A DNA stretch of 59,739 bases from Babesia bigemina (Eukaryota). A program made the translations under genes and the position numbers. The stretch is taken from assembly GCF_000981445.1 (NCBI RefSeq), contig NC_027220.1, forward strand, positions 434,001 to 493,739, in the 5' to 3' direction. Of this stretch, positions 1 through 14,000 are shown piece by piece. Below the pieces are notes generated by a model. The model saw nothing but the letters and a program-made list of their open reading frames with translations, was not told the DNA's origin and searched no databases. Position 1 is the stretch's first letter. Each line of letters begins with the position of its first letter.

Positions 1-2719
1 AACCAATGATGCAGATTCTTCAGTAAATTTTCGGCAGTTGACCTTTACGAAATTTGACAGTTTAGCGCATTACACCTACCGGCTGATTACTAAGTGCGTG
101 GGAGTTAGCTCGTTGACCAGCAGGTGCAAAGAATTGACGAGTTGATGATCCTTTTGAGTCTGGATGTTCCTACAACTGCTTGTTGGCACCGTGAACACGC
201 CTTACCATGCGAAGACCGCAATTATCATGCCGATTAAACTGTCGGAGTCTATGTATGTTTCATCAACATAATTTTCCTGAGTCTGATTTTGGGTCATTTG
301 ATGAAACCAATACCTTTTTATGAATGATGTAGTGAACCAGGATATTAACCAAAGTCCTGATAAGGGGGGATCTGGATACCAAATGATGTGGGCACTTTTC
401 ATGGGCGTGTCCGGATGTCTTGCCTCTGATGGCCTCCTTTTTCATAGCCGAATGTTTCTTGATGGTGCTCATAACTTCCCTGATGAATGACCCAGGTTTC
501 AGATAGAATGTTAAAGCAAAAGTTTTGTCGCACGACAACATATCGATGAGTATGAGCCAGAGTTCGTTGCTACACGTCATGGACGGACTTAAATTATCCA
601 GTGCCTTGGCCATGGCGACCATCAACCCCTGAGGCAATTGTTCGCTGAACAATAATGAATGATGTATATTATTTAGTGATTTATGAGGAATAGCCGTCGG
701 CTGGGAAATATTGGCTTCCGTTTCTTCTATGAATTCATCAGTGTGGCTTGATCCAGTGAGACTTAACGTTCCGGTACTGTACTCAAACGTTTTAAAACGC
801 TCAGCCATTTCCTCGGTTTTGCTTAAAAACACATATTCTTTGCCTGCACCAATCATAATCAACATTAACAATGTAACGTTGTCACGCAGCACGTTGAGGT
901 GCCTCTTCCATGCGTTCTGCGGTGAAGTTGATAGAAGACGGATCAAACACCATGCCATATCTTCCACCCCCCTGGATCCAATTGCATCCCTAAGCGAATC
1001 CATAGATGCGTATATCATAGGAGCGTCCCTTTTCAAGAAATAATCAACAACGGGTTCTATTGCATTGGGGGGCAGATCAGACGGCACGTTTACAAAAAGT
1101 TGCGAACGTACGCACTCCACATGAATGTAATAGAATGGCGCTACTGACCTTACAGTCTTGGGAACATTCTTTATACATGTAAACATGGGTGAAATTTCCG
1201 CCGTTCTCCGTTTGTCAATGCACGTGTTTACGTACGGCGCCATAACGATGCTAGACAGCAAAATGACCAACACATCGGTTGCCATGGATTGCGATGCCTT
1301 AATAAAAGTTGCATGCGAAGTCGACGACGGCGTTATATCCGTTGTAATGTAGGCATGTAAGGCAACTAATAGCCTTTGTAAGTGTGACGCACGTCCTGAT
1401 CCCCCATAAGCAACACTGCAAAATGGCAATGCCATGAATTCCGCAGCCCCTTGCGCACGTTTCAGCAATTCAACGACGCACGTTAGGGAGAATATGCGCA
1501 TTCTGTGATCTATAAAGCAGAATCCCCGGCGTAAAGCGTGTGTGGTACAGTCGGACCATGCATTAAGGGCTTCTTCCATAATGGCGTTATTGATAGATTC
1601 CAAAGACCCATCGACATTCACCGGAACATTGATTGGTTCCTTTTCCGTGCTCATGCGCAATCTAAGGGTCCGAATAATTTCAGAATTCTCTTCATAGATC
1701 TGCGACGAGGTGACGGTCGAGGGACACGGACATGGCGCAACCTCGCTGCTTGTGCCATCAACATCCTCCTCTTCAACCGCAGTGCCAATATAATTACATT
1801 CTTCTGCAGTAGCTTCCACACTGGGGTTGCTATTTTCTTTTTCTAATCCGGGTTGCGGTTGGTCTTGCCCTGAAAGATTTTCAGCATCGTCATCGCCATG
1901 TACAACGTTTTGACGTTGACTCGTCACCGAAATATCCGTTACATCTTGGGCGTTCAATTTAAATATGGCTTGCGAGCTCCATTCCAAATAGTAGGGGAGG
2001 TACTCCATGTGAAAGAGGAGCTCTACTGCGTTCACCGAAGCTACTAGGCACCTGATGAAGATCTTAGATATGACGAAGGGCGTTAAACAACGCACTACAT
2101 CACATTTGCCACGTAACAGGCTCTCATATGTGTTGCAAATGCCGTTCGCCGCTGAAGGAGACCCTCCTACAGGGTTGTGCGTTTCCTCTTTACCAGCAAG
2201 GGTTTCGAATTCGGAATCCTTTGAGCAGTTAGGTTCATAGTCTCTTCCTTCACCATTTCGGGTAAAAGGTGAAGCTCTTAAAATTGACACTTCATTTTTT
2301 GTATTGCTGCCTAGTGAGGTGGTTGTGTTTGTTGATGTCTGTATGGTTATTTCGAAGTCATTCTGCAAGCTTACCGAGCCAGAGCGATCTGCGTCGTACT
2401 CATCCGCCGCAACTGACTCACGCTTGACGATATATTCCAGCAGAGCTGCATAGCATTCCCAGTATCGACATATTTGGCCATGGCTCAGGTTGGCGCTCAG
2501 CAGATTGTGAAGCACAAAGTTTTGGAAATAAACTTCAATCGTCTCGTACGGTATATCTTCGATAGGTATGTCGAATAATTGCTGGAAAAGGCGGCCTACT
2601 TCGTCCTCGCTATCCTTCGTAACCCCAACCTTGGAGAGTTGCAGGAGGAGCTCAAAAATCGACACCTTGCGGTCTTTGACCTGCGACCGACCGCAGCGCG
2701 TAGAAAGTCTAGCTCCCAT
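1..2719 (-). CDS. Dymeclin/HID1-like N-myristoylated Golgi protein; 3' end runs off the window, multi-exon
   Basis: 818-aa ORF starting MGARLS (myristoylation-type Gly2). Downstream exons read SLIGMIIAVFAW|NIQTQKDHQLVNSLHLLVNEL, resembling the dymeclin segment [31 protein letters not shown] (recalled from memory). Confidence 0.5.
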
Positions 2720-2989
2720 ATCTCAATCTTAGAGGTTGCATGGGACAGTTGGCGAGTCTCAATAAACAACAAATAACAGCGTATATGGCCTACCTTACAA
2801 CCATTGTTGTTGTATACCGAAATTCGCGGTTTTTAGTGAACATACAAATTAGTGGCATTGTATAGCTAAGAATCACCATATAAAAATCGCTACACCTGAC
2901 ACCCAAGACCACCGTAGGAAACGGGCACGAGCGATGTCGTTATTTTGGGCAAGCCAAAAAACTGTTTCAACAGTCCAGACACGATGCTT

Positions 2990-3560
2990 CTTCGACGAGA
3001 CATAGGTTTAAACATGAATATACGGCGTGTGTGCCGTGAGGAAGCAATATGAGTGCCTAGCGCGGACGCACAGTGCACACACGAGCAAGACTTGAGGCGT
3101 GCAATTTTGAATCTCGGATCACCTAGTGCTCCCTCATCACGTACTGTTTAATTGCATGGGCACTTAGGTGAGTAAGGGTGGTCACGCCAAGTCTGTTATC
3201 GGCAGAATCGCGGTACTGTAACTGTGTAACATCTTATGTTGGCTGGAAGCGTTCAGATTCTGCCCGGAGGAAACGTAAACATTTCGGTACACAACTTAAT
3301 GTAATACACCCCGATGTGGAAAATACTAGCTGCGGCGCTGCAGGCGGGCGGCTGTGTGTCGGCTGGCAACCCTACACCAGTGTGACCCACAATCACTTAG
3401 ACCGGCTTACACATCATGCTTTTTAGCATGTCTACGCACTTATTACACAACTGACCATTGTGAAATGTTTTAAAAAGCGTTTGCAACGCTGTTGTGCGCA
3501 CGATATACATATTTTTGTGTGCTGTGTTCACTGTGTGCTGATTGGACATCGTGGAGTAGC
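2990..3560. promoter_or_regulatory. Divergent promoter region rich in GTGCAC/CACAC/TGCATG ApiAP2-type motifs
   Basis: Lies between the divergent dymeclin-like and RNR starts. Contains gtgtgtgc, GTGCACACAC (3073-3082), tgcatg and gtgcgcac. Confidence 0.3.
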
Positions 3561-3657
3561 CTGATCGGTTACTTCAGGCCAATAGGCGCTTTCCTACGTT
3601 TGGATCGCAGGAAGATAGATTGTGTATACTACACTGATTACACATATCTTACGAGGG

Positions 3658-6150
3658 ATGCAACAGACGGATACGAGCGTCGCCTCTTCGGAGGCTGACG
3701 CCGCTCTTAAGGTGATGTACGTCATCAACCGTAAAGGTGAAAGGGAAGAGGTTCAATTTGACCGCATTCTGAATCGCATTCGAAAGCTGTCATTCGGTCT
3801 TCACAGCCTTGTCGACGCCCCGCGGGTCACACAAACCGTCATCAATGGAATGTATTCTGGAATCCGCACATCACAGCTCGACGAACTTGCGGCGCAGACG
3901 TGTGCGTACATGGCCGCAATGCACCCGGATTATTCCAAGCTGGCAGCACGCATCGTTGTAGATAACCTCCACAAGAACACCAAGGATGACTACGGTGAGG
4001 TGGTTACCGCCCTGTTCAAGTACAAGTACATATACGACAGCAATGCATCGTTGATCAGCGAGGAGGTATACAACTTCATCATGGAGAACATCGATCGCAT
4101 CAACGCCGAAATCGACTATACACGGGACTTCCAATATGATTACTTCGGTCTGAAAACTTTGGAACGATCCTACCTTCTGCGCATCGACGACAAAATTGTT
4201 GAACGTCCACAGCACATGCTCATGCGTGTTTCGGCGGGTATACACTGCGGCGATCTCGAACGCACCATCCAGACGTATCACTTGATGAGCCAGAAATATT
4301 TCACACACGCAACTCCCACGCTCTTCTTTTCTGGAACTCAAAGGCCCCAAATGTCTAGTTGCTTCTTGCTGGACATGAAGGATGATTCGCTGTCTGGAAT
4401 ATTCGACACGTTGACACAATGTGCCTTCATCAGCAAGTGCGCTGGTGGCATCGGCCTGTCGTGCCACAAAATCAGGGCCAGCGGCGCCTACATTCGCGGC
4501 ACAAACGGTAAGAGCAACGGTATTGTGCCCATGTTGCGTATTTTTAATGCAACCGCGCGCTACGTAGACCAAGGTGGCGGTAAGCGCAAGGGCTCTTTTG
4601 CCATTTACCTGGAGCCGTGGCACGCTGATATCATGGACTTTTTGGATTTGCGCAAGAATCACGGCGCGGAGGACACTCGCGCACGTGACCTGTTTTATGC
4701 GCTCTGGATTCCTGATCTTTTCATGAAGCGTGTGGAAGCCAACGGCGATTGGACGTTGATGTGCCCGGATGAATGCCGTGGTCTTTACGAGGTCTGGGGA
4801 GACGAGTTCGAGGAGCTGTATACCAAGTACGAGAAGGCCGGCATGGGTCGTAAGACTATCCCTGCCCAGTCGCTCTGGTTCGCCATACTCCAGAGCCAGA
4901 TCGAAACAGGAACTCCGTTCATGCTCTACAAAGATGCTTGCAACGCGAAGTCGAACCAACAAAACCTTGGGACCATCAAGTCTTCAAATCTCTGCTGTGA
5001 AATCGTGCAGTACACGTCACCGGATGAAGTTGCGGTGTGCAATCTGGCTTCCATTGCGCTGCCTATGTATGTGAACAAGGAAACGAAGACTTATGACTTT
5101 AAGAAACTCTACGAGGTAGCCCGTGTCATCACGTACAACCTCAACAAAATCATTGACAGGAACTACTACCCGGTACCAGAGGCGAAGGTGTCCAACCATC
5201 GCCACCGACCTATCGGTGTCGGTGTCCAGGGTCTGGCCGACACGTTCATGCTCATGCGGTACCCATTCGAGTCTGAGGAGGCCAAAGAGTTGAATCGTCG
5301 CATTTTTGAAACAATCTACTACGGTTGTCTGGATGAGTCCATTTCGCTGGCGGAGCGCGATGGCCCATATGAGACGTACCAAGGCTCTCCAGCATCACAG
5401 GGCAAGCTCCAGTTCGACCTTTGGGGCGCTACTGTGGATAATAAATTGTGGGATTGGGACGACCTTAAGCGTCGCATGGCAAAACACGGATTGCGCAATT
5501 CGCTATTCCTCGCACCTATGCCGACTGCGTCGACATCACAGATCCTTGGAAACAACGAATCTTTTGAGCCATACACAAGTAACATCTACTATCGCCGGGT
5601 GCTCAGTGGCGAGTTCTTCGTCGTTAACCCCCATCTCCTGCGCGATTTAGTGGATCTGGGGCTTTGGGACGAAAACATGAAACAGAAATTGATCGCCTAT
5701 AATGGTTCTCTTAGACACATCGAGGGTATACCGCAACACATCAAAGACCTATACAAGACAGTTTGGGAGATCAAGCAAAAGAACATTATCGACATGGCGG
5801 CGGACCGCGGTATTTTCATCGACCAGTCGCAATCGCTTAACATATACATCGAGCAGCCGACGTTCGGTAAGCTCACCAGCATGCACTTCTACGGGTGGAA
5901 GAAAGGATTGAAAACTGGTGTTTACTACCTGCGCACGCAACCGGCTACTGATGCCATTAAGTTCACTGTTGACACGAATCTGAGTCAAATGGCCAAGGCT
6001 GCCAACCAGGGCCCGCGGTCCAAAATGGCAGAGGTTGTTTCTACTACGGACGGGTCGGCGGTGTCGGTTGATGAAATTGCTGGATTCCCGGTATGCAGAT
6101 TGCGCACCGACCCTAACTCCAACGAACCGTGCACCATGTGCTCCGGTTAA
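3658..6150 (+). CDS. RRM1: Ribonucleoside-diphosphate reductase large subunit (class Ia R1)
   Basis: ATP cone (MYVINRKG...FDRI), [55 protein letters not shown] and C-terminal CTMCSG. First in-frame ATG at 3658; intronless. Confidence 0.98.
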   Translation: MQQTDTSVASSEADAALKVMYVINRKGEREEVQFDRILNRIRKLSFGLHSLVDAPRVTQTVINGMYSGIRTSQLDELAAQTCAYMAAMHPDYSKLAARIVVDNLHKNTKDDYGEVVTALFKYKYIYDSNASLISEEVYNFIMENIDRINAEIDYTRDFQYDYFGLKTLERSYLLRIDDKIVERPQHMLMRVSAGIHCGDLERTIQTYHLMSQKYFTHATPTLFFSGTQRPQMSSCFLLDMKDDSLSGIFDTLTQCAFISKCAGGIGLSCHKIRASGAYIRGTNGKSNGIVPMLRIFNATARYVDQGGGKRKGSFAIYLEPWHADIMDFLDLRKNHGAEDTRARDLFYALWIPDLFMKRVEANGDWTLMCPDECRGLYEVWGDEFEELYTKYEKAGMGRKTIPAQSLWFAILQSQIETGTPFMLYKDACNAKSNQQNLGTIKSSNLCCEIVQYTSPDEVAVCNLASIALPMYVNKETKTYDFKKLYEVARVITYNLNKIIDRNYYPVPEAKVSNHRHRPIGVGVQGLADTFMLMRYPFESEEAKELNRRIFETIYYGCLDESISLAERDGPYETYQGSPASQGKLQFDLWGATVDNKLWDWDDLKRRMAKHGLRNSLFLAPMPTASTSQILGNNESFEPYTSNIYYRRVLSGEFFVVNPHLLRDLVDLGLWDENMKQKLIAYNGSLRHIEGIPQHIKDLYKTVWEIKQKNIIDMAADRGIFIDQSQSLNIYIEQPTFGKLTSMHFYGWKKGLKTGVYYLRTQPATDAIKFTVDTNLSQMAKAANQGPRSKMAEVVSTTDGSAVSVDEIAGFPVCRLRTDPNSNEPCTMCSG

Positions 6151-6967
6151 TTTCGTTCCACGAATTTATGTTTCGGTGCGCCACAATTTGGGCACGTGAA
6201 GTTCTGCACGCTGTGCATGGCACACGGTATTGCTCACCGAAGAGAAAAATCTTTCTTCGCGATTCTTGGCGGGAAATATGGTGAAACCACAGCCGCTGCA
6301 CTGGTAACGGTTAAGCGTTGGTTTTGCCGCCTTGGACTTGTCTGGCCCGAGGTAATCTGAAAGTGTATTAATTGACCAGTAACGCACGAGCGTAAAACTC
6401 AAAGGTGTAACAATGTGCGTATAATGTCGTTACTGAACTCACACATGCAAAACGTATTTCACAGCGTCAACAGAAGTCACGCAGATTATGTATTTGAAGC
6501 TGTATATACAGCATCTGTTCCAGGCGGCTCTCCGAGCGTACACACATAACCGGGATGACATACGTAGTATATACACGTAAGAGATGGGAATCCGCTGTCT
6601 TCCTCTCCAATTCATGAATCATTTATATCGCAAACTCATTGTATAGCGCGTGTGTACATGGAAGGCCGAAATGTATCCTCGCAAACTCACTCTGTATAGC
6701 AATTGCCGCTGCAGCCGTTACCACAGGCACAGTAATAACGGTTGCAACGCCCCCTGGGATCCTGTTGTTTACTGTATCAGATATATAGTTCAGTGAATCG
6801 GATATCCGCTCGAGGATGTAGCCTTTATCGGACTTGAAAAGCGACAGCTGTTCATCACGCCTCGGCGTCAAGGGCGCATTGGCAACCCGGGTGCGGCGGT
6901 CGCCTGCGCGAAATGCCGCAACACCGGAGATGAAAATGGCCAATATAAACAGGCAAAAACTGCGCAT
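6147..6967 (-). CDS. Rubredoxin-like protein with signal peptide plus transit-like leader (3 exons), probably apicoplast-targeted
   Basis: Exon 1 [19 protein letters not shown]...; intron ~6357-6690 (GTGAG...TTTCAG); exon 2 [23 protein letters not shown]; short intron; exon 3 [18 protein letters not shown]. The two CxxC knuckles and the CPxCGAxKxxF signature match rubredoxin. Confidence 0.85.
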
Positions 6968-7036
6968 CTCTATAGAATGACACACCCCTGCGCAACTAAG
7001 ACACCCCGCTGTCGGGTTAGGCACACACGTAGCTTA

Positions 7037-8422
7037 TTAGTATGAGTCGTTAACGGGCTCGCCGCAGCTCTGCTGCATATTTAGGTCTAGAGGTGGCATG
7101 ATGTCCACCCCGCGGTTTTCTTCTATTGCTTGCAGCCGGCAGATTACGGCTAGGCGTTTGGCTTCGCTGAATCCGTACTGCCTCACTGGGAAATACCGCC
7201 CGGCTCTACGACCATCTGGAGTCGTCCATCTGGCACCCCACCGCCTATTTTTGCGGTCGAAGGTGACTCCGGAGACGGAACAGGTGTCCTCCTCGTGCTC
7301 GTGTTCCAATGGGTACTGATCCATCTCTTCACCCATGTACTGCATTTGTTGCTGTTGATCGTACGCGTATTGCTGATGACTGTATTGGTAGGGTAAATCG
7401 CTCTGGTAGTTGTAGCACATTTGTTCATTGGGGTCGGCGTATCCGCTCACACTTGCACTGGTACTTAGACTTGGGCTCCGAGCCTCCACTGACTGTTGGC
7501 CCGATATTGCGGATGGTTTGTATTGGATTAGCGACTGTTGCATTTGGGGTTGGTCGTATTGTACAACGCATTCGTTTTGTGGGTTGCAATAGTCCATTTG
7601 CGGTTGCTGATAGTAGCCCACGTAAGGCTGCTGAAAAGGTTGAGCGTTCCACTGATGCGGCGGCATAACCTGTTCCATGGGACCTTCCGCCATCTTAAAG
7701 TCCATTACTTCGTTGTGTTGCACGCGATTGCGTATAAGTCGCTCGTCATTACATGTCTTCCAGAGGATTGCATGCTGTTTAGCCTGCTCGTATCCGTAAT
7801 CCTTGACCGTAAAATAGCGGAACTTGCGTTTCCCACCTTCGTAGTACGATGAAACCCAACGTGCCTGGGTCTTGTCGAAACGGATGCCAATTATTCCAAC
7901 TCCCGATCGCATGGCATGCTGGCGTTCACGATTGCAAAATGAACGACCCGAAAGGCTAACGCCTTTCTGCCTCGCCTCAATAGCCAACGCTCGCGCCTGC
8001 TCGAAACCGTAAATGTTTACCGAGAAGCTTTTGCATGCCCTCTTGCCATCGGCTGTCGTCCACCTAGCAATCCAGCGGTTGTCAGAAGGTTGGAACTTTA
8101 CTCCCGATATGACACCACCATCTTTCTTATTAAAAGAATTGTTTATGAAGGTAGCAAGATCGAAGTTGTCGTATTGAGGAGGGTAGCCGTAGTTCATCTG
8201 GTAATTTTGAGGCAACATGCCACAGTCAAGTTGACCGCCATGCTGATTGGGATTCTGATTCTCATCGCCGCTATCGCACATAGTTGTACATGATGAACTG
8301 ACACATTGCTTGTTCATACCAATGGGATCAAGGTACGGAGAGTGACCATTATTCTCATGAACAAGATGCTCTGGGCTGTGACTCTCTCCTCCCAGATGGG
8401 CATCTCCTGCATGGCGTTCCAT
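7037..8422 (-). CDS. ApiAP2 transcription factor with three AP2 domains
   Basis: Tandem domains [15 protein letters not shown]...[19 protein letters not shown] and [15 protein letters not shown]...[16 protein letters not shown], a Q/Y-rich linker, then [15 protein letters not shown]...[16 protein letters not shown]. Confidence 0.95.
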   Translation of the reverse strand: MERHAGDAHLGGESHSPEHLVHENNGHSPYLDPIGMNKQCVSSSCTTMCDSGDENQNPNQHGGQLDCGMLPQNYQMNYGYPPQYDNFDLATFINNSFNKKDGGVISGVKFQPSDNRWIARWTTADGKRACKSFSVNIYGFEQARALAIEARQKGVSLSGRSFCNRERQHAMRSGVGIIGIRFDKTQARWVSSYYEGGKRKFRYFTVKDYGYEQAKQHAILWKTCNDERLIRNRVQHNEVMDFKMAEGPMEQVMPPHQWNAQPFQQPYVGYYQQPQMDYCNPQNECVVQYDQPQMQQSLIQYKPSAISGQQSVEARSPSLSTSASVSGYADPNEQMCYNYQSDLPYQYSHQQYAYDQQQQMQYMGEEMDQYPLEHEHEEDTCSVSGVTFDRKNRRWGARWTTPDGRRAGRYFPVRQYGFSEAKRLAVICRLQAIEENRGVDIMPPLDLNMQQSCGEPVNDSY

Positions 8423-9610
8423 TTCTAAAGTTTATACGTCAATGGTTTGAATCGTACTCAATATTTCGGAATCAGTCAAGCCCGCAAAGATTAAGTCTAC
8501 AATCCTCAACCTTCCTTGCGACTGACGTTAGTTATGATATAAATTGGGTAATCACTGCACTTATTCTGTTATCGAACGCGCCGAATGGCTTCTAAACAGC
8601 CTTTGCGGTCCAGATTAACACTATGAAGAATGCTTTTGAGGTACGTGTCGAGCATACGAAACTACGTCATACACCATCCAAAGTTACCATTCAACGAGTT
8701 TTACTCATCCAAACGTGTTGAACACGGGTTGAGTGTATCTGCGAATGGAATTTGGAAGCGCACTTCCCAAAACAAATTGTGATTCTTTGAAATGTCCCTC
8801 TTTGGAGACCGCTTTATTCGTTTGTAGAGATTAGGTTACTTCATTCCTCTCATATACAAAAGGCAATATGCTTGTTTTCAGCGTATTGACCCTAATAACC
8901 ATACATAGGACTGTCCCGATTGCGTAAGAGTTTTCTTCACGAAGTTTTCGGGCAGAAGACAGAAATAGCACAACCGAAGATTATGCTTTAATATTGAGTC
9001 TCGTTCAGAATTTTTGTAAACGAGGCTCTGTAAGTATGATTATTGCTTTGCTTAGGCTTGCAATTTCCATATGTCGGCGCTTTGGCCCACGAACTTTATT
9101 AGAAGATTCCTTCTTTGAGGAATTAACACATGCTGGTGTAGCTGGAGCGACCCTGCACCTGTGTGAATACAGCATCCATATGTACTACGTAGCATACAAA
9201 CATTATTGCTATACGTACGCGGAGACGTTTAAAACGAGATACACCGCCCACGACTATGAAAAGCACTCGGATTCCACCAGTATAAGCAAAAGGAGCTTTT
9301 GCTACAAAATGTTGTCCACAATATACTGGCTCAATAGAGTGCTTAGAGTCATGGAAGATCCTACAACAGGTGTGTACAGAGAACCCTCATGCCTTCGAGG
9401 CTATAGGGCCCAAACGATTACGGGAGTCACACACATATAGGCCAACACCGAATATGGAAATAACATAAAAGAACCTCAGGCACAAACATACCTTCTATAA
9501 GTTTCAAATAACTTGTGTGTTCTAATCGCAGCTGACGTTCCGGCTTTCATGCGGCTTCAAACGTAAGTGTATGAGTATACACACGTAACCCGTGGCGGAA
9601 CCGCTGCGGA

Positions 9611-11029
9611 TCAGAACTGGTAATTTTTCTCTGTAACAGCAGTGTGTCTACTTTGTAGGGCGCCAAGTTGTGTAGGCAAAACGATTGTGATCTCTTGTAT
9701 AGTTCCTACTCTAACCTGACCATGTAGTCACTCCGACTCATTAATGTACATCGTCTCTGATGATAATGCATCTGTGGCTCTTTGAGGTTCTTTGCGGGGA
9801 TTCTTGATGTACCATCTCACCAGACTCAACGTGCCACGGGATACCGCCGTGAGTCAGGCCACGACGCAATGGAACGTTAGACATACTTTTCAGCGAGTGT
9901 ATGCGGCATATATAGGCTCTATGGAGCATGTAAGTGTAGAACTAATATAGTTCGTATTCAATAAAGTCGCAGCAGCAGCTGTGATCTCACACACTCTGCC
10001 GTAAGAACACACGCACGCTTACCGGTGAATCTGGTCATAATGTCGTTAAACATCGCATCCTTTAATAGATTAGCATCCTGGATGTTATCTTTGCCGTCAG
10101 ATAATGACAACAACGCCGCCGCAACAATGCCGAGAGACGCTTTTCCCCGCAACATCGTGGAAAGCGTTGCGTCAACCTGGTCAAGCCCACAACGAATGGG
10201 CAACCCATATTCCGAACGTTATGTGCTCATCCGGAGCCGTTAAAGCAATGTGTATAATATTAAACACATTTGTCATGAATCTCAAGTCACACATCCTCTG
10301 TTAAGCAGTGTGTAAGGATAGCCCACTGACTTTATACACATCCCCTCAGTTGGCAATCATAGCTGGATGGCAATTCCATACGAAATCCCAGTACTTCATT
10401 AACACCCTTTTTGACACCAAAATATCTGATTTACTGGGTACGCCTGCTAAAGCGCATCTCAGCAGATCGTCATTCGGGCTGTCTACCAATATCTTCAGCA
10501 TACGCCCTAATTGACGGATATCATCCATATCCATTGCTTCTATATACCTCGATATAAACTTAAAAAACATTGTACGGAGTTCTAACGAGGGTAAACTGAT
10601 GCAGCGGCGCCAAATTAACGACGCCGCAACCTGTTCAGGTGTGCGTTTTATACCGCACATAAGCTTCAAAATAGCGGCATTCTTCGCCAATATATCATCT
10701 TGATTATACCTTAATACACCATGGTTGTCTAATTGTCGCAAGAAGGCTGCATTGACAGTAAATTTAGGCTCGGACAAACTGCGCAGGTACCGGTAGCAGC
10801 CTCCATATAAGAGCATCCTTGCAGGTGCGATCGTTCCGGAATCCTTTTTCACAAACGTGCCCTGTATTGATTTCAACGATTTAAATGCCGAAATTGTTCT
10901 TTTGTTGCGTCTACGGCCATCGAAGAGTCTTAAAAAATGGCCTATATCAAACGGATTACCACGTAAACACATATCATCGGGGAGCACCGGTGAACGGCCA
11001 GTGTAAGCCATTATCCGGCGCCGGCTCAT
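9611..11029 (-). CDS. Hypothetical protein, multi-exon (Arg-rich N-terminus, possibly mitochondrial)
   Basis: 227-aa first ORF from ATG 11029, followed by co-directional ORF pieces at 10203-9958 and 9929-9741 and a possible last exon VRVGTIQEITIV...YQF*. The 3' end is uncertain. Confidence 0.5.
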
Positions 11030-14000
11030 GTTTTACATTTCATATATATGTAGGAAGATTATTTCTGCTAGGGCATTATTGCCACTGGGGATATAAACTC
11101 CAACAACATCATGGTGGGCTGCTCCTGCGTCCTCGAACGATGAGCCCAGGCAGCGATCACCGTTATTAATTACAGTTCATTTGGGTTTGATTCGTCACTC
11201 TAACAAATGGAAAGGGGTGTCATTAAAGCTACAGCAACACGAGTGCCCCTTCCACCAGGAGGTGTGTGTGTCACAAGTTTGTTGTAGCGGCCCATAGAGA
11301 CATTAAAATTACTCTGTGTATATCGATAATTTAAGCATGTGTTGCTTACTGGCTCTGCGTCAGTAGAAGACAGCTCATTGGCCCATCTCGAAATTGCTAA
11401 AACTCATTAAAATGTTGCGCTCGGGTGATAAGCTAGAACCCGAAACGTCACTTTGCTCTTTAAGGTGACACTCATTGAAAGTTTTTAAGCACGATTGTAC
11501 TGCTTAAAATGCAATGCTTGTGAGAGAAGAAGCCAACGCGACGTAACTGGTTTTCAGGCAGCGACCGCAGATAGGACGCAAAGTTACAATTGACCATACC
11601 CCCGACAATCGTGGCAACAAATCCAATTTACGATAGATGTGGCACGTTATACGACGTTCATCTTATGTGGCTTCAATGTTGCTCACCTAATGGCTGAGGA
11701 TGGCACGTACATCCATATGATATCGTTTGCTTCTGCACCATGCAGCACCATATCAGCCGAACTATTGGATCAAACTACATATTTGATATGTAGGATTTTA
11801 CATTATATTGATGGCATTGTCTTTTGCCCGTTGTAGACTATATGCACGTTGTCCAACCTGAGCTTGGACAATTTGGAGTGTAATATTACGATACCAAAAG
11901 CATTATTGATATGGGTTCAGAATCAACCCGAATATGCATGATAAACGTGATTTCACGGTTCTTGGTGCACTGCACCCAAAACGGTATAAAGGTTATTGAG
12001 GTTAAGTTAGGTGAGGGGTAGTAGTGCTGGCAGAAATGATCATTTTAATTTGACAATTAAGCAACAATTGGGCAACAAACATGGCGCATCGAAATATGAA
12101 ATCTTTATGTGACCTGTGTTGCACTTATACAGAATGGTAGATGTCAATTGCCACACAAAATATCGTCACTCGTCCCGCCCGTCGTTCCATACGGTTACGA
12201 TAATATACAGTGCGTTGGTGATCATTTGCTTTAACAAAAGTAATCCAGTCTATTTTGTAGTTGATGAAGCTGTCCTGTATATCATATTAGCTTCATCTGA
12301 TGCAGATAAAATGGCGCTAAATGCAATCCCCGAACTCTACCGTCTCATGTTAAGGTGGTTTCGGGCGGCATACAAACGATGCTCCCGAATTTATAGCAAT
12401 AGTTTTAATCACCTCTACTCCATACTTATGGTGCAACAATCGGTAACGGCCTTTGCACAGTGTTCTAGATGACTATTAATATTGTCGATTGATCATGCCA
12501 ACGCAGTTGTTTGTGGAAGGTTTTTGTGAAGGTCATGTTTGGTACAACGCAGATTCGAACACTGGAATGTACAATCTATGTTGTATGATAATTTGTGAAT
12601 CAAAGCAGTCGTGTGTGCCATCATACCCACGCCCGGTGAAACGAGCCCCTTAGACGTATACCACGATGCTGTATCACTTTTCCTACATCTTGACATAAAC
12701 AATCAGTTTTAGGTATAGCCACATGATTGTTTTCAGATTAGGATGACATCTAATTGCACATTCGAATTTCAAGAAAATTGCAAAGACGTTCTGGCCGGAG
12801 TTATGTCATTGCTTTTGGCCATCGCATTTACATGTAAGATTGGGGTCATCACAATGTAAGCTCAGTATTAAGGGACATATTCGATATCCTGCAAGCTAAA
12901 TGTCTAGGATTTAAAACACCTCCAGTGGAAACCTGCCGTCACGCAAAAGTTGATGCTAAAGCAGCGGTATGTTTCGCATTGCGGTACATTGCTGTGACGT
13001 ATGGAGCTTAAATGAAAGCCCAAGTTGCCATCATATGGCAAATCGCATCTGTAACTCAACCAAAGGTGGCCATAGAAACTTGATTGGAACAACTTGTACT
13101 AGAGATGAGAGGACACTTGCGGGTTGCGACAATAATACCGGATGGCGTACTGGCGTCGGCGCAATACTACACATGGCTTCTGACGTTGTACACATCCATT
13201 GAAAATAATGTTAAAGTATGTTATATTTGATAATTTGACTGACGAGTTTGTGTATTTACGGGCCTCGCAACGCGCAAGGTCACCTCCGAGAAAACAACGA
13301 GTAAAGAGAGCCATACAGCAACGAAGTACGTCATTGACAGCTGTTGCCGCCAGTTTATGTGTATTTTCCGATGCCGTGCGCAATTTATGACACCAAATGG
13401 TTTTGACGCAGTGGCGTTTTACCTATATTTGTGATGTGCCAACCGATCACTACTGTATGTAGTTTTGCTATTCTGTTTTTAGCATAATGCAATCTTAGTT
13501 GTTGTTATGAGGCGATTGTCGCACGTTCTATTGTATGAATATGCTTTTAATGACCGTAACATTCCTACGTGATGTCGTACGTTACAAGGATTTTAAGATG
13601 TTCCTCATTGTCTACGCACGTTTTTATGAAGTAAATAACCTAATATTAAACAGAATATGAAGATGTCAGAAGCTTACTACGCCTTGTTGCAATAAGTGAA
13701 TCCGCAAGTACTTGCGCCGTATGCAACGCTTCTTTCCCGTTGTCATCCGATGCAACATCCCATTTCGCGTGGTAAGTGTGAAAAGGTAGCACTGTTCAGT
13801 ACAACGTTGTCCCAGTCAATTGTGCAATGAAACGTGCTGTATAAACTGCAAGCGAGACGTGCTGCTGCAAGGAACGGAGCACGAGGCACCATTGGATGCG
13901 ATTATGTGTAAATTTTGCAGCGAGTATGTCATGGTTAGTGTTAAAAATTCACGTGTATTCATACTATAAACGAATGCCAGAAGCTGCAATCAAGTGTAAC

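Noticed and set aside
3871..4962. 363-aa antisense ORF inside RRM1
   Set aside because: Shadow of strong codon bias in a conserved gene; no motifs.
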